A DNA stretch of 64,000 bases from Felis catus (Eukaryota), in assembly GCF_018350175.1 (NCBI RefSeq), contig NC_058368.1:6572001-6636000 (forward strand), given 5' to 3'. This document shows, in pieces, positions 1 through 11,190 of this stretch (its first letter is position 1; every line of letters starts with the position of its first letter). Made by a program: the position numbers and the translations under genes. The notes beneath the pieces are model-generated. The model saw nothing but the letters and a program-made list of their open reading frames with translations, ran no database searches and was not told the origin of the DNA.

Positions 1-80
1 GGGGGAATGAGCACCCTATGGACCCAGGGAGTACTGGATATAGTGTGACTCACCAATAAATTAATTAGCACCCTGTTTGG

Positions 81-162
81 GGTTTTTGTTTTTGTTTTTT
101 GTTTTTTGGGGGGTTTTTTTGTTTGTTTGTTTGTTTGTTTGTTTTGATTTGTTTTGTTTTTG
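81..162. repeat. (GTTT)n/T-rich simple repeat
   Basis: Runs of gttt/gtttt units read directly. Confidence 0.9.
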
Positions 163-799
163 CTGCAGTGGGAACGCATTTTCCATTCACCAGTAATGAA
201 AAGAGGTATTCTTGTATTCTTTCCTCTTCCCCTGGGCTTTTGTTTTCAGAGTTGTGGGCTCCCCTGCCCTAGGGGACGTCACAGCTTTTCTGTTTCAGGC
301 ACGGTGGGGTAGGTGGCCCCCCCCATCACCCTCGCCTCAAATGGGTTTGAAATAAGGGTTACACAGTCAAGGGGAGAAAGGTGAGGGTGTTTAGGAAAGG
401 AGACAGGTTTTGTAAGGTCCAAGGGAGACAGAGGCTTGCCCTGTGCTTCTAGCAATGCCTGGGGAGCAGGACCCGGATGCTGGAGGCTACGGCACCATCG
501 TCTTGGGAGCTGTGGTGAAGGTTCTTCCGCATGGCCAAGCGGGGGTGGGGGGAGGCGATCCCACCAGCAGAACTTTCCACTTCCAAATGGTGTGTGAAGG
601 GCAAGACAGAAAACACAGACCACAGCGCACTGGGCCGGTGGCTGTGCTGCCGAAAGGAGACTGCATGCCGAGTTGCAGGTAGGTTGTTTGGGTTTATTTT
701 AAACACACAGAGAATGCCTTCCTCTGGCAGCAACTGTAAACGTTTATAGCAACAGAAAAGCTAGAACCTAGAAGAGCTCTAAGCTGCAAGCAATCTATT

Positions 800-817
800 T
801 GTGTGTGTGTGTGTGTG
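800..817. repeat. (TG)n microsatellite
   Basis: About 8-9 TG units. Confidence 0.9.
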
Positions 818-1429
818 GTCAGATGTTCACATAAATGTTTCCAAAGGTCAGTGCCTCTTCTTACTGTTTTGACTTTTAGACAAGGACAGATGGCTGGCAT
901 TTGGGGTCATGTAGGTCCAAATTCATTTTAGAGTCAAGCGATTGACGCAGCTAAGTCTTTTCTAGGTGGGAAAAGACTGCAAGCCGCGAGCAAATTCTGA
1001 CACCCCTGCCCCGTTTTTCCTGCCTGAGCACTAGACCCCAGGGAGGGGGAGGGGTGCCATGACATAGCATGGGGAACCATGGCGGTCAGATGAAACCTGG
1101 CCCCACGTTGTCACTCACTCCCCCGCTTCAAGCGAGTGGTCACTTGAAGCCAACTATGGTTGGGTCTTTAAAAAAGAAATGGAGTATTTCCTGCCCCTAG
1201 GGGGTCATGGGGCAGTTTGTATCTGCCGCACCTGCCTCTCCACCACTGGCTCCTGGGTCCACACAGCATCGTGGTTTGCCTGAACCGCTTCCAAGAGCTC
1301 CCTTGCCAAGCCAGACATCCACACGGTGCCCATTCTCCACACTGTGGCCAGAGGGAACTTTTCAAGTTCACATGCAGTCATCTCACTAGACCCAATCTAT
1401 TGGGAGCCCAATAGTGTTCCAATCTATTA

Positions 1430-1975
1430 TCCTTTTCCATGGCTTCCCATGGATCTGGGCATGAGGACCCAAACGCATAACGGGGCTTACAGGACCCCGC
1501 AAACCTGCCTCATTTTGCTCCATAACCTACTTCGTTCTCAGAGCTCCATCCATCATTCTCTTCCTTTCTCTAGAAAACACCAGAACTTCTCCCATCTTGA
1601 GCCATTTGCACGCACCATCCCTCTCCACGAATGCCTTCCCCACCCGTCTAATGCCCATTCCTCCTTCAGCCCTCTGGTCTAGCCCCACCTCCCTGGGCAG
1701 CCTTTCTGAACCTCCTGGACGGGGTCACACCCTGTTTTTATCCATGACTCGTGCGAGATGTACCTCTGCTTTACTCATGCGTCACAGCCATGAGTGTGCA
1801 TCGGGGATATGGTTTCATTAATGTCCTTCCCCCACAGACTCTGAATGCCACATAGGCAGGGACCTCGGTGAGCATTCAGAGCTCTATTTTTTGCTCACTG
1901 CCGCATCTTCAATGCCTTGTGCTGTGGCTAGAATAAGTAGGTCTTCTATACCTTGTCGGAGGAATGAATGAGCAT
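1430..1975 (+). mobile_element. L2 LINE 3' remnant
   Basis: Degenerate L2 3'UTR motifs (catggcttccc, ccatttgcacgcacc...aatgccttcccc), ending in a gaatgaatga tail. Confidence 0.6.
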
Positions 1976-2239
1976 AGAACCACCGGGCATTTATCAACAG
2001 ATGGCCCATGAGGCACTGACAAGAAACCTTTGGATCCTACGGTCTGAAAACAAAAAAGGCCATTCGATCTCTAAGGACCTGTCGGGTCATAAAATTCTAT
2101 GACAATGAGGATTTCTAGCCCAGTGACCGATGAAAGGAAAACAAAAGAAATAGGCTCTCGGCAGGGAAGAGAACAGAAAACATGGCTAAAAGGTGCTCTT
2201 TGCTCCCCAAGCTGTTTCTAGTGATTTCTGTCTTACCAC

Positions 2240-2335
2240 TGAGGTCTAAGAGTATGTCTCATTTATCTTTATACCCCTGGTGCTCAGCATGTCACAGGCG
2301 GCACATAGTAGGTACTCAATAAATGTTGAACGGAA
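2240..2335 (+). mobile_element. L2 3' terminal fragment
   Basis: ggcacatagtaggtactcaataaatgttgaa is the typical L2 terminus. Confidence 0.7.
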
Positions 2336-3009
2336 AAGAGCAATTCATCACTTGGAAATGAACACAGTGACATTATTCGCCATCATTGAGTCAGATTTTA
2401 CGTTCATAATTGATCGCGGTCATTGAATCCTTTTATTGTGATTTCATTAACTGTTCAGCAATCCGTGGGCTTGTATTAACCTCCCGGCCTTTTTCGTGTA
2501 ATTGAACGTAATGGCTTGAAAGGGTTTGTGATAACAAGGTTAGGAAGGTTCCGTGCCCACGATTTGACGGTCTGCAGTTGTGGTGGGCAGTGTGGGTGGG
2601 TTTGCACATCCCTGGAAAGTTGACTCTCGATTCCCCTGCACTGCCTGTCTGCTTAGCTCCTTCCTGCTCCCTCGGCTTTTCCCTCAGCTCAGCTCCTGTC
2701 CTGACCTTAAGTCACGGATTGTGGCAACCGCCTCTGGGTAGAAACACAGAGAAGCTTTGGAAGCTACCAGCTCTGCTTCTGTGAAAATATATTTATTTCA
2801 CCTGGGGCTTTCCTCAACTCAGTTCAATCCATTTTGTTCCGAAATGTCTGCCACTACTTCCTGGACGGTTCTTTAAAAGAGTTTTAGTAGGGTTGATTTA
2901 ACCGATTTGCTACCCAGAGATCCAGAGCAATGTGACTTTACAAATATTTGGATGGGCACAGGTCAGGGCCCCTCTGTTAACTTCCGGTTCCTTCAATGAA
3001 CCCTCTCTC

Positions 3010-3345
3010 CAGACCTTTGCTCATACTGGGACATCCTCTTTCTTGCTGTTCCTGCCTGGATGTGCTCAGCTCCTCCCTGGGTCCTCAGCTTGGACTGTAC
3101 TTCCTTCCGGAAGACTTCTTGGACCCTCTAAGCCTGCGTGAGGCATGGCTCCTCTGAGCTCCCAGCGCCTGTGGGTTCCCCCAGAACAGTTTTCAGCATT
3201 ACTGTGTTACTTACTTCTGTATCCCCTTCCACCTCTAGTTGAGTGATGGCTGTATCTTAGCCACTGCCAAGTTCCCAGGACCTGGAAGAATGCCTGGCAC
3301 ACGGTAGGGACTTACAGAGGCTATTTGTTGACTCCCAGATGAACA
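3010..3345 (+). mobile_element. L2 3' remnant
   Basis: cctttgctcatactg...tgcctggcacacggtagg...tatttgttga. Confidence 0.6.
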
Positions 3346-3753
3346 GGCTCACTGACCTTGGGTGCAAGCCCCCCGGAACCTGGCTTTGTCTTTGGGGCCA
3401 GAAGTTCGGGACTAGCCTGGAGTCAAGGGCTGGCCTTGGAGTTCTCCCTACATGTGTATCTGCCTGGTTCAGCAGAAAGTGGCCTTTTTGTTTATTTCAT
3501 TAGAAACCTCCTTTATAACAAATTTTTTTATTTTGTCGTATATACCTTGATGACTATCTAAATGCTTATTCTTACAATCATAATAAACGTAACAGAGAAA
3601 GTCAACGACGAAGACACAGAAACCAGTTAACTGTAAAATGTCATAGCAAATTTGATTACCGTAACCGTATATTCCCATAGCATTTCTTACTAGTTGTAAC
3701 CAGATTTTTCTGCCTCCTTCTGCTCTTCAGGACACAGAATACACAGTGTTTCT

Positions 3754-3966
3754 TTCTTCTCTTTTTTTAATTTTTTAAATGTTTATTTTTGAGACAGAGT
3801 GTGAGTGGGGGAGGGGGCAGAGCGAGAAGGAGACACAGAATCCGAAGCAGGCTCCAGGCTCTGAGCTGTCAGCACAGAGCCAGATGCGGGGCTCAAACTC
3901 ACGGACCGTGAGATCATGACCTGAGCCCAAGTTCATGCTTAACCGACTGAGCCACCCAGGCGACCC
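3754..3966 (-). mobile_element. CAN-SINE (SINEC_Fc-type)
   Basis: Reverse-complement SINEC body and T-tail; degenerate TSD acacagtgtttct/acatcgtgtttct. Confidence 0.95.
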
Positions 3967-4385
3967 ACATCGTGTTTCTAACAGTGTCCTCACCCTTTTA
4001 ATGTCAAGGGGAGATGACAGGATGCATTTGCTTTTTTCACGTAAAAACATATTTCGTGTCATTTGTAAAAACTTTTGAAAATCAAGACGTGCATGGTTCA
4101 CAGGCACATGAGCAAGAGGTAGGCCCCCTGGTGAGCGAACACACTGCCTGCCGGGCCCCAGAAGATTCTCAGCCCTAGGATTCCTTCCAGCAATGCTATC
4201 CATCTTATCCCTGAGGAGGATGGAGTGGTTTTCACCGTAACAGGTGGATCTGCCAGAGAAACAGATTCAAAACTCACTCTTCCAATCTCGAAAACGTTGT
4301 TGTGGCTTCCCTGCCCTTAAGAAAAATTGACCTGTGAAAATCCACATAAAAGCATGGGGTTTGCACTACCAGAGATGAGCCTTTG

Positions 4386-4487
4386 AGGGCTCCTGGGGGG
4401 CTCAGTTGATTGAGCATCTGACTCAATTTCGGCTCAGGATCCTGGGATGGAGCCCCACATCAGGCTCCAGTGGAGCCTGCTTGAGAT

Positions 4488-4525
<38 letters not shown>

Positions 4526-4573
4526 CCTCTCCCCAGCGCTCTGTGCTCTCTCTGTCTCTGGAAAAAAAAAAAA
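4386..4573 (+). mobile_element. CAN-SINE (older carnivore subtype)
   Basis: tRNA-like head, (CT)n, A tail; TSD gagcctttg at 4377 and 4574. Confidence 0.9.
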
Positions 4574-5709
4574 GAGCCTTTGCATTTTCTGAAATTCTTC
4601 AGAACTTGAGGTGCATTGCTGTGTGGGGGCCTCAGGTAAGGAGGCTCGTCACTCCCTGGGGGACAGGTACTGAGCGCAGGCCTCTGTGTGCAAGGACAGG
4701 GCCAGACACGAGGCTGTCGAGCCCTGGAAGCCCCTCTCTGCTTTCTAGGGCGGGACATGCTCATACACACTGCAGAGAACCACAGAGGGTTGGGAAAATG
4801 TGAAGCTCAGATAAGGGAAGGAAGCTCCTATCACAGGAAGCCAGGGTGAGGGGGTGTCTCACGGGTTCTCAGCGTCTTGGTGCCATCCCTGCCCCAGGAC
4901 CTCCCCTGGATGGGCCCTCCCGGTATCCACCTATCCCAGAGTTGTGCCAGGTTGACGGAAGCCCGAGCATTGTGACTGCTACTGGGATCAACCTTCCTGG
5001 AATGTGTTCTGCACCTGTCCATTCCTTCTACCATTGTTTGGCATGCTCTTCACTTTCCCCAAGGAGTTCACCACCCTCCCCGACCCCGGCTAACATTGCC
5101 TCGTCCCTTGAGACAGGCCTTCAAGCAGCCCCATCTGTCTGTGTCGCCCCGCTTAGCACAACGAAGCACAACCACAGTCTTCCGTGTATGTGTCTCCGGC
5201 CCCCTCGTCCCGTGAGCTCCGGCCTGGTCACCCAAGACCCACCACAGAGTCGGGGTTCGGTTACTATCCTTGGACGAATGACATCATCCAGTCAGAGTCC
5301 TTTGGGATCGAACGAGAGCATGAAGTGCAAGGATGGGTCCTTGAAGGTCAAGCATGACCTTGACCACGGTCACGGCTAGTTTGTCGCAAAATTAAGACCA
5401 GAAGGCTGTTCCCATGCCTGTCCCACTGTGTCTGTTGGCACTTAACTTCAGCACGTTTTAGTGTAACAACGTCGAAAGAGAGGCTTTAAATACCATAGAC
5501 GTATAATATAAATCTACAGCAGGCCCTAATGAGGACCCACACAAAGATTCATAATATGGATCTTTCTGAGCCCTAAGCCTAGCCCTACAGATTTGAAAAC
5601 AGATCGTTATTCAGGATTAGTGACTAGAATGTAAATAAAAGTGCAGAACGTCCTCTCGGGCGGATTGTGAACTTAGGGGGCAAGAAGGGGAGCGTTCGTT
5701 CTCTGTTTC

Positions 5710-5830
5710 GCTTATTCACTCGCTTTAGATTCATTGAGTGTCTATGATATATCCAGCACGTGTTAGGGGCGTGCGGTCCAGGGACAGCAAGTGGAGACGG
5801 GGACAGATCACGTAAGTAAGCGTGGTAAGC
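5710..5830 (-). mobile_element. L2 3' fragment
   Basis: ttcattgagtgtctatgatatatccagcacgtgttagggg resembles a reverse L2 terminus. Confidence 0.5.
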
Positions 5831-6097
5831 GCCATGAGCACACGGTGAGGCGGGCACACAGATGGGGGGCACCCGGCGCTCAGTCGCTCTTTTTGAATAA
5901 ACAAAACCAGCTGGAGGATCGGTTGGAGAACCAGGATGTGCGTGGCGGGTGAGTGGCGGGGAACGAGGCTGGGCAGGAAAGTGGAGACTCGAGCAGGAAA
6001 GGCCTGAATGCCAGTGAAGCTGAGGTCTGGTGACGTGGGGAATCTCTGTCACTCTACTCTGCTCCCGAAGGTTCTAATGCTGGAGGATAATCTCTCC

Positions 6098-6119
6098 GTG
6101 TGTGTGTGTGTGTGTGTGT
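6098..6119. repeat. (TG)n microsatellite
   Basis: About 11 GT units. Confidence 0.9.
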
Positions 6120-6732
6120 TTGCACGTGCGTGCATTTGCATGCAGGACGGAGTGGTACAGAGCGAGAATGCCAATACTGTCCCAGCTCAGTTTTACTATT
6201 CGTGACAATTAACTGTTCCTCAGCAAAGCCTTACCAAACCATAAGGCCACACTGCGGAAGAACAATTAAATGGCCGGATGGTTCCAGATGCACACCCTTC
6301 AATAGCCGGCACCTGCCGTGTTTGAACCTCATTCAGAGGGATCGAAACGGGCCTTTGCGTGGGGCAGGCATTGCATAATCCTCACAACATGTTTGTGGAC
6401 ATCCCAAACATTTCTCCCTTGCTTTAGATAACTTTTTTCCTTAAACAATGAGTACTCACTTAGAAACTAGTCTAACTGGAAGCTCATGACAGAAGTCACT
6501 GTAAACCCCGGTCTTTCTAAGGCAGACAAGGCCACGTCAGTTCCCGAAATCAGCTCTTTCCAACGGCTCTGCTTAAGGGAGAAAGTGTGTGCTCCGGGCT
6601 GGTCTGGAGTCTTATGCCGTGCCTTTCATGCCTTCTGTATTTTGGTTTGCTTTTATTTTCCCAGCTCCAGGGTGTGTCATATAATTTATTTTCAAATTCT
6701 GAAAAGCTGAATTTTTAAATTGGAGCAAAATT

Positions 6733-6919
6733 GGGGCGCCTGGGTGGCTCAGTCGGTTGAGCATCCGACTTCATCTCCGGTCACGCTCTCGCGGTTTGTG
6801 GGATCAAGCCTCGCATCAGGATCTCTGCTGACAGCCCGCTTCAGATCCTCTCCCGTTCTCTTTGCCCCTTCCCCCGCTCACACTTTTTCTCTCTCTCAAA
6901 AATAAATAAACACATAAAT
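6733..6919 (+). mobile_element. CAN-SINE
   Basis: ggggcgcctgggtggctcagtcgg head; TSD ttggagcaaaatt/ttggaacaaaatt. Confidence 0.95.
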
Positions 6920-6960
6920 AAGTTGGAACAAAATTTTCAGGCACTGATTTCTAGCTTTCT

Positions 6961-7141
6961 TTTAAAACTTTTTTCTTGATGTTTTATTTATTTTTGAGAG
7001 AGAGAGACTGAGTGTGAATGGGCAGAGAGAGAGGGAGACACAGAATCCGAAGCCGGCTCCAGGCTCCGAGCTGTCAGCACAGAGCCTGACGCAGGGCTTG
7101 AACTCACGAGCTGTGAGACCATGATCCGAGCCAACGTGCCT
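6961..7141 (-). mobile_element. CAN-SINE lacking most of its 5' head
   Basis: SINEC body; TSD ctgatttctagctttct/ctgatttctttgctttct. Confidence 0.9.
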
Positions 7142-7760
7142 CTGATTTCTTTGCTTTCTGACAAAGGTTACCTATGTTCTCACGTCACTGTGATTATGTC
7201 TTTGGACAGTGGATGTTCTGGGTTTGCCTTTCCCTTTCATAGCCAAACAACATAACTCGCCGCCCTCCCCCTTCAACTGCACAGAGCTCCATGCCCGCCC
7301 CCCTTGTTCTGCGGCTTTCCTGGGTAAGAGGCGTTCACGCTGGGTGTCATCGTACCTCTGGTGTCCCGGCTGAGTTGGTTTGCCCCATGTCTCTGTCGTT
7401 TTGCCCTAACGTATGAAAGCTGCTTGGACCTCCTGCATTGTAACGAAGGCCCGTTAACGGGTGGTCAGTTGGTGTGGCAAACTTTTATTCCAAGTTTGGA
7501 GATCATGGAGGATTATAATGAACAAACGAGTTAAACAATCAAACAAATGAACTGAGAAGAAGGAAACAACCCGAACGAGGGAACAGTTGAGAACTCAGCC
7601 ATCTTGATTGTTGGATGCTGGCTCTTCCATCCATAAGAGGAGTCTCTCAGGCCACCTAATCAGATGGTTTTGCTCTTTGACTTTAGAGAACTTTCCCCCT
7701 GGTCCTCTGAAATGATCAGAGCCCCAACCGCTTCCAGGTCAGAGGGCAACTAAATACCTC

Positions 7761-8576
7761 TGCTAAAGATTCTATACCCACTTCCAGTGTGTTTGGGTCC
7801 CTCCCCCCGACTCACCACCCCACCCCCAGCCAACAGCAATTCTCTGGCACCAGCCAGGTATCCTAGAAGCCAACTCAATTCTGACACCATCTACCTGGAG
7901 ACAACGTCAGATCCCACAGGGTAAGGGCTCAGTCCCACAAACCTGTCATCCACTTTATTTATTTTTATTCATTATTTTTTTTTTAATATTCTGGTTTGGT
8001 GTTTTACTCATAGTGGACTCTTTTTTTTTAATGTTTTATTTTATTTTTGAGCGAGAGACAGACAGAACACAAGCGGGGGAGGGGCAGAGAGAGAGGGAGA
8101 CCCAGAATCCGAAGCAGGCTCCGGGCTCCGAGCCGTCAGCACAGGGCCCGACGTGGGGCTCGAACTCATAAACGGTGAGATCATGATCTGAGCTGAAGTC
8201 GGACGCTTAACCAGCTGAGACACCCAGAGGCCCCAAGCCTGTCATCCACCTGAAATGCCAGTTGTACACTTCTGTGCTTCTGATGGCCATACATCAGAGA
8301 CCCCCACCACCTTCTCCTGGGCTCACAAGACTCAGGAAACAAATTTACTCACTAGATTACTGGTGTATTGCAAAGGATGTGAAAAGATACGCGTCAACAG
8401 CCTGCTGAAGAGATCCGTAGGGCAAGGAACGTGGGAAGGGGCTTAAGAGTTTCCACGCCCTCCCTAGGTCAGCAATTCCCAAATCTCCATGTGTTAACTA
8501 ACCCCAAAGCTCTCCAAACCCTGTCCTTTTGGGATTTTATGGAGGCTTCATTCCAGAGGCACAACTGATGAAGTCA
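7761..8576 (-). mobile_element. MER21-like LTR segment (interrupted by SINE)
   Basis: caattctgacaccatctacctggagac..tcagatcccacagg..aagggctcagtcccacaa and aagctctccaaaccctgtccttttgggattttatggaggcttcatt match recalled MER21-family blocks. Confidence 0.7.
7954..8234 (-). mobile_element. CAN-SINE with extra 3' trailer and second A-rich tail
   Basis: SINE body 8021-8234; TSD aaacctgtcatccac (7939-7953) / aagcctgtcatccac (8235-8249). Confidence 0.93.
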
Positions 8577-8886
8577 GAAGTCAGGGACTTATGGAGGACA
8601 CCTAAACACTTCTCTCTGGTGCTGGATGTCTGAGAAGACATGTGCATCAGACCACAATCCTCCGTGAAAACCCCAGACTCCAGGCAGAGACCAGGCTCTC
8701 TTTCCGGCTCCCTTCTGAGTCTCCCACACACTCTGCTGTATCTGCGCTCTCTCTCCCTCTTCAGTAAACTCTACTCTCACTTCCTCCTGGCTTGCGTTTG
8801 GTTTCCATTCTGCACCAAGCCAAGGACCCTCTTGGCTGGTCCTGCGGGACCCTCTTTGGGTCCTCGGACCTGGCCAGCCTGTATCA
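8577..8886 (+). mobile_element. ERV1-like LTR 3' portion (end of U3, R, U5)
   Basis: CT-rich R region, cagtaaa polyA-like signal, ccaagccaaggaccc U5-like block, terminal ...tgtatCA. Confidence 0.55.
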
Positions 8887-10385
8887 CCTCTGAGGTCTGG
8901 ACAGCCCTTGCAAGCCCACCTGTGACCCCAGCCCTCCCCTTGCTATAAGAAGGATTAGAGGACATTTATAGAGAGGTGCAGGGTGGCCAGACCTCCCGAA
9001 TCCTAGTAGAAGAATTACAATAAGATTTCAAGCAAAACACTAGTGACAAAGGCAATTGTCTCTCTCTTTTTTCTTCTCTGTCAGGAACAAGTACTTCCTG
9101 ATTTATCTCTTCTAATGATATTTGGGGTCTGGAGGACATCCTGGGGCTGTTGACAGCTCTGGTAATGATACGGTCTGAAGGTTTTTAAGTGTCATTATTC
9201 ACTTCCTGTGAAGAAAGCAGTTAAGGTCAATTATTCAAAATAAAATACGTAGAAAAACATTCCTACTATCAGAGCAGAGGTGTGGCTAATGAAAATGGTT
9301 CCTATCACAGAAGAATCTCTTCCTTCCTTCTTGAAGCCGTAGAGTTTGGCCAAGGGAAATGGACGAGAGGGAGGTTCAAAGCCTTGATGGACAGACGGGG
9401 CGGGGGGCGGGGGGGGGACACCTCCTCCGGGAGGGAGGCCAGGATGGCCCTTCTTCCAGGGCTGAGAGGAGGATGTTGCCCCAAACGACCCCATCTCCCT
9501 TTGTTCCTTGGAATGGGAGTGTGTGTGTGTTGGGGGGGGGGGGGTTGGTCCTCAAGGAAGATGATGTTGCACCTGAGAGACAGTTGCCCCGGGACCAATG
9601 GATTCCAAAGAAGAAAACCCTTGTCAGGGACTTATGTTGCTCGCCACTCTGCTGAGGGCTTCCCGTTCCTGTCCTTGTGACAAGGCGACTCTCTAGGTTA
9701 GTCTCCTCACCACAGCAAGACACTCGTGCGACCTGTCCTAGGCAGAGTGAGCAGATACGGCGTCTGTGGGCTTGGTGCCTGCACTCTAAGACAGAAGGCA
9801 ACACAGAAGAGGCAGTGAGAATATGCCATATACAACCACCCTTCCTCAGTGGCCTCATCTCTGGGTAAAGATTCTGCCTGATCTCCCCACAGGGACGGCG
9901 ACAGAAATAATACTAAGTACTCTCTAAAAGGGACAGGTCCTCTCTAGTGACGCTGTGCAAGGTTTCTCCTATAAGACTTGTATGACCTGCTGTGTTCATT
10001 TGAGGCGTGCCACACAGCATTCATCCCTAGGGTCCCTGCTCCCTTTTCTATGCATCTGTGAGAAATGGAAGTATAACCTACAGGGCCTTGGGCTTGACAT
10101 GATTAGACACTAAGACCTAGGAGACAGATGTCCAGGGCCCTTGCACAGAAAGGTTCATCATATATAGACTCTGGAGAGTGGGAACCTTGTCTTCGGTTCC
10201 AGCTCCAAGCAGAGGAAGGATGAGTTTTATCCCCTTCAGAGTAGAAACTGCTGGTCGTGGCCAAAGGGACCCATGGGCAGACCCAGGGCGCTTGCATGAG
10301 ACTGGGACACACAACCTAGGGCATCTCTAGCCTTTGGAAGCTCGCATCCAGGCAAAACGAAGCCTTCCTTAAAACTCAATTAGGA

Positions 10386-10606
10386 GGGGCGCCTGGGTGG
10401 CGCAGTCGGTTAAGCGTCCGACTTCAGCCAGGTCACGATCTCGCGGTCCGTGAGTTCGAGCCCTGTGTCAGGCTCTGGGCTGATGGCTCAGAGCCTGGAG
10501 CCTGTTTCCGATTCTGTGTCTCCCTCTCTCTCTGCCCTTCCCCCGTTCATGCTCTGTCTCTCTCTGTCCCAAAAATAAATAAACGTTGAAAAAAAATTAA
10601 AAAAAA
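10386..10606 (+). mobile_element. Young felid SINEC_Fc
   Basis: Near-consensus with most CpGs intact, tail aaacgttgaaaaaaaattaaaa; TSD aaaactcaattagga. Confidence 0.97.
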
Positions 10607-10623
10607 AAAACTCAATTAGGAAA

Positions 10624-10850
10624 GGGGCGCCTGGATGGCTCAGTCGGTTAGGCATCTGACTTCGGCTCACGTCATGATATCGTGGTTTGTGAGTTGGAGC
10701 CCCGCGTCGGGCTCTGTGCTGACAGCTTGGTGCCTGGAGCCTGCTTCCAATTCTGTGTCTCTGTCTCTCTCTCTCTCCGCCCCTCCCCACTCATGCTCTG
10801 TCTCCCTCTCCTTCAGATATAAAGGAACATTAAAAACATTAAAAAAAAAC
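10624..10850 (+). mobile_element. CAN-SINE (older, tandem to previous)
   Basis: Full body; TSD aactcaattaggaaa. Confidence 0.95.
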
Positions 10851-11074
10851 AACTCAATTAGGAAAGACTCAATCAGGAAAGACTCAGTACTTCCAAATTT
10901 TACGGTAAGCGAGCATACAAGCAATTAAGCAGGTTTAGTAATTAGGGCACAGACTCCAGGAGCAGGTATCTTGGCATAAGAGCACCTAGAGATACAAAAT
11001 CAAGGGTCCAGACTGGGTTAGAACTATTTCTGCAGCCTTAGAGAGGACTGGGTACCAGAGCTGGAACGGGAAAC

Positions 11075-11190
11075 AGTATTTACAATGCTCTGTAAGCATG
11101 TCACCTGTCAAATCTCCCTTAATGCCCACCCACATACGAGGTGGGTACTCTTTTCTTCTTAACTGAGGCAGACACAGGTTACCCAGCCCG
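11075..11190 (-). mobile_element. MIR fragment
   Basis: gaggtgggtactc...aactgaggcagac resembles the reverse MIR core. Confidence 0.45.

Noticed and set aside
230..690. Splice-like signals (tttgttttcag, ttttctgtttcag, CAG|GTAGGT)
   Set aside because: No recognisable coding frame; such motifs are common by chance. A lncRNA exon cannot be excluded without RNA data
10386..10850. Recurrent MAQSV(E/K)RPTSAQV... ORFs and tRNA-like A/B boxes throughout the window
   Set aside because: Translations and Pol III heads of tRNA-derived CAN-SINEs; neither a protein family nor tRNA genes
10371..10888. Repeat-spacer-repeat pattern superficially like a CRISPR array
   Set aside because: The repeats are TSDs, the spacers are SINEs, the DNA is mammalian, and there are no cas genes
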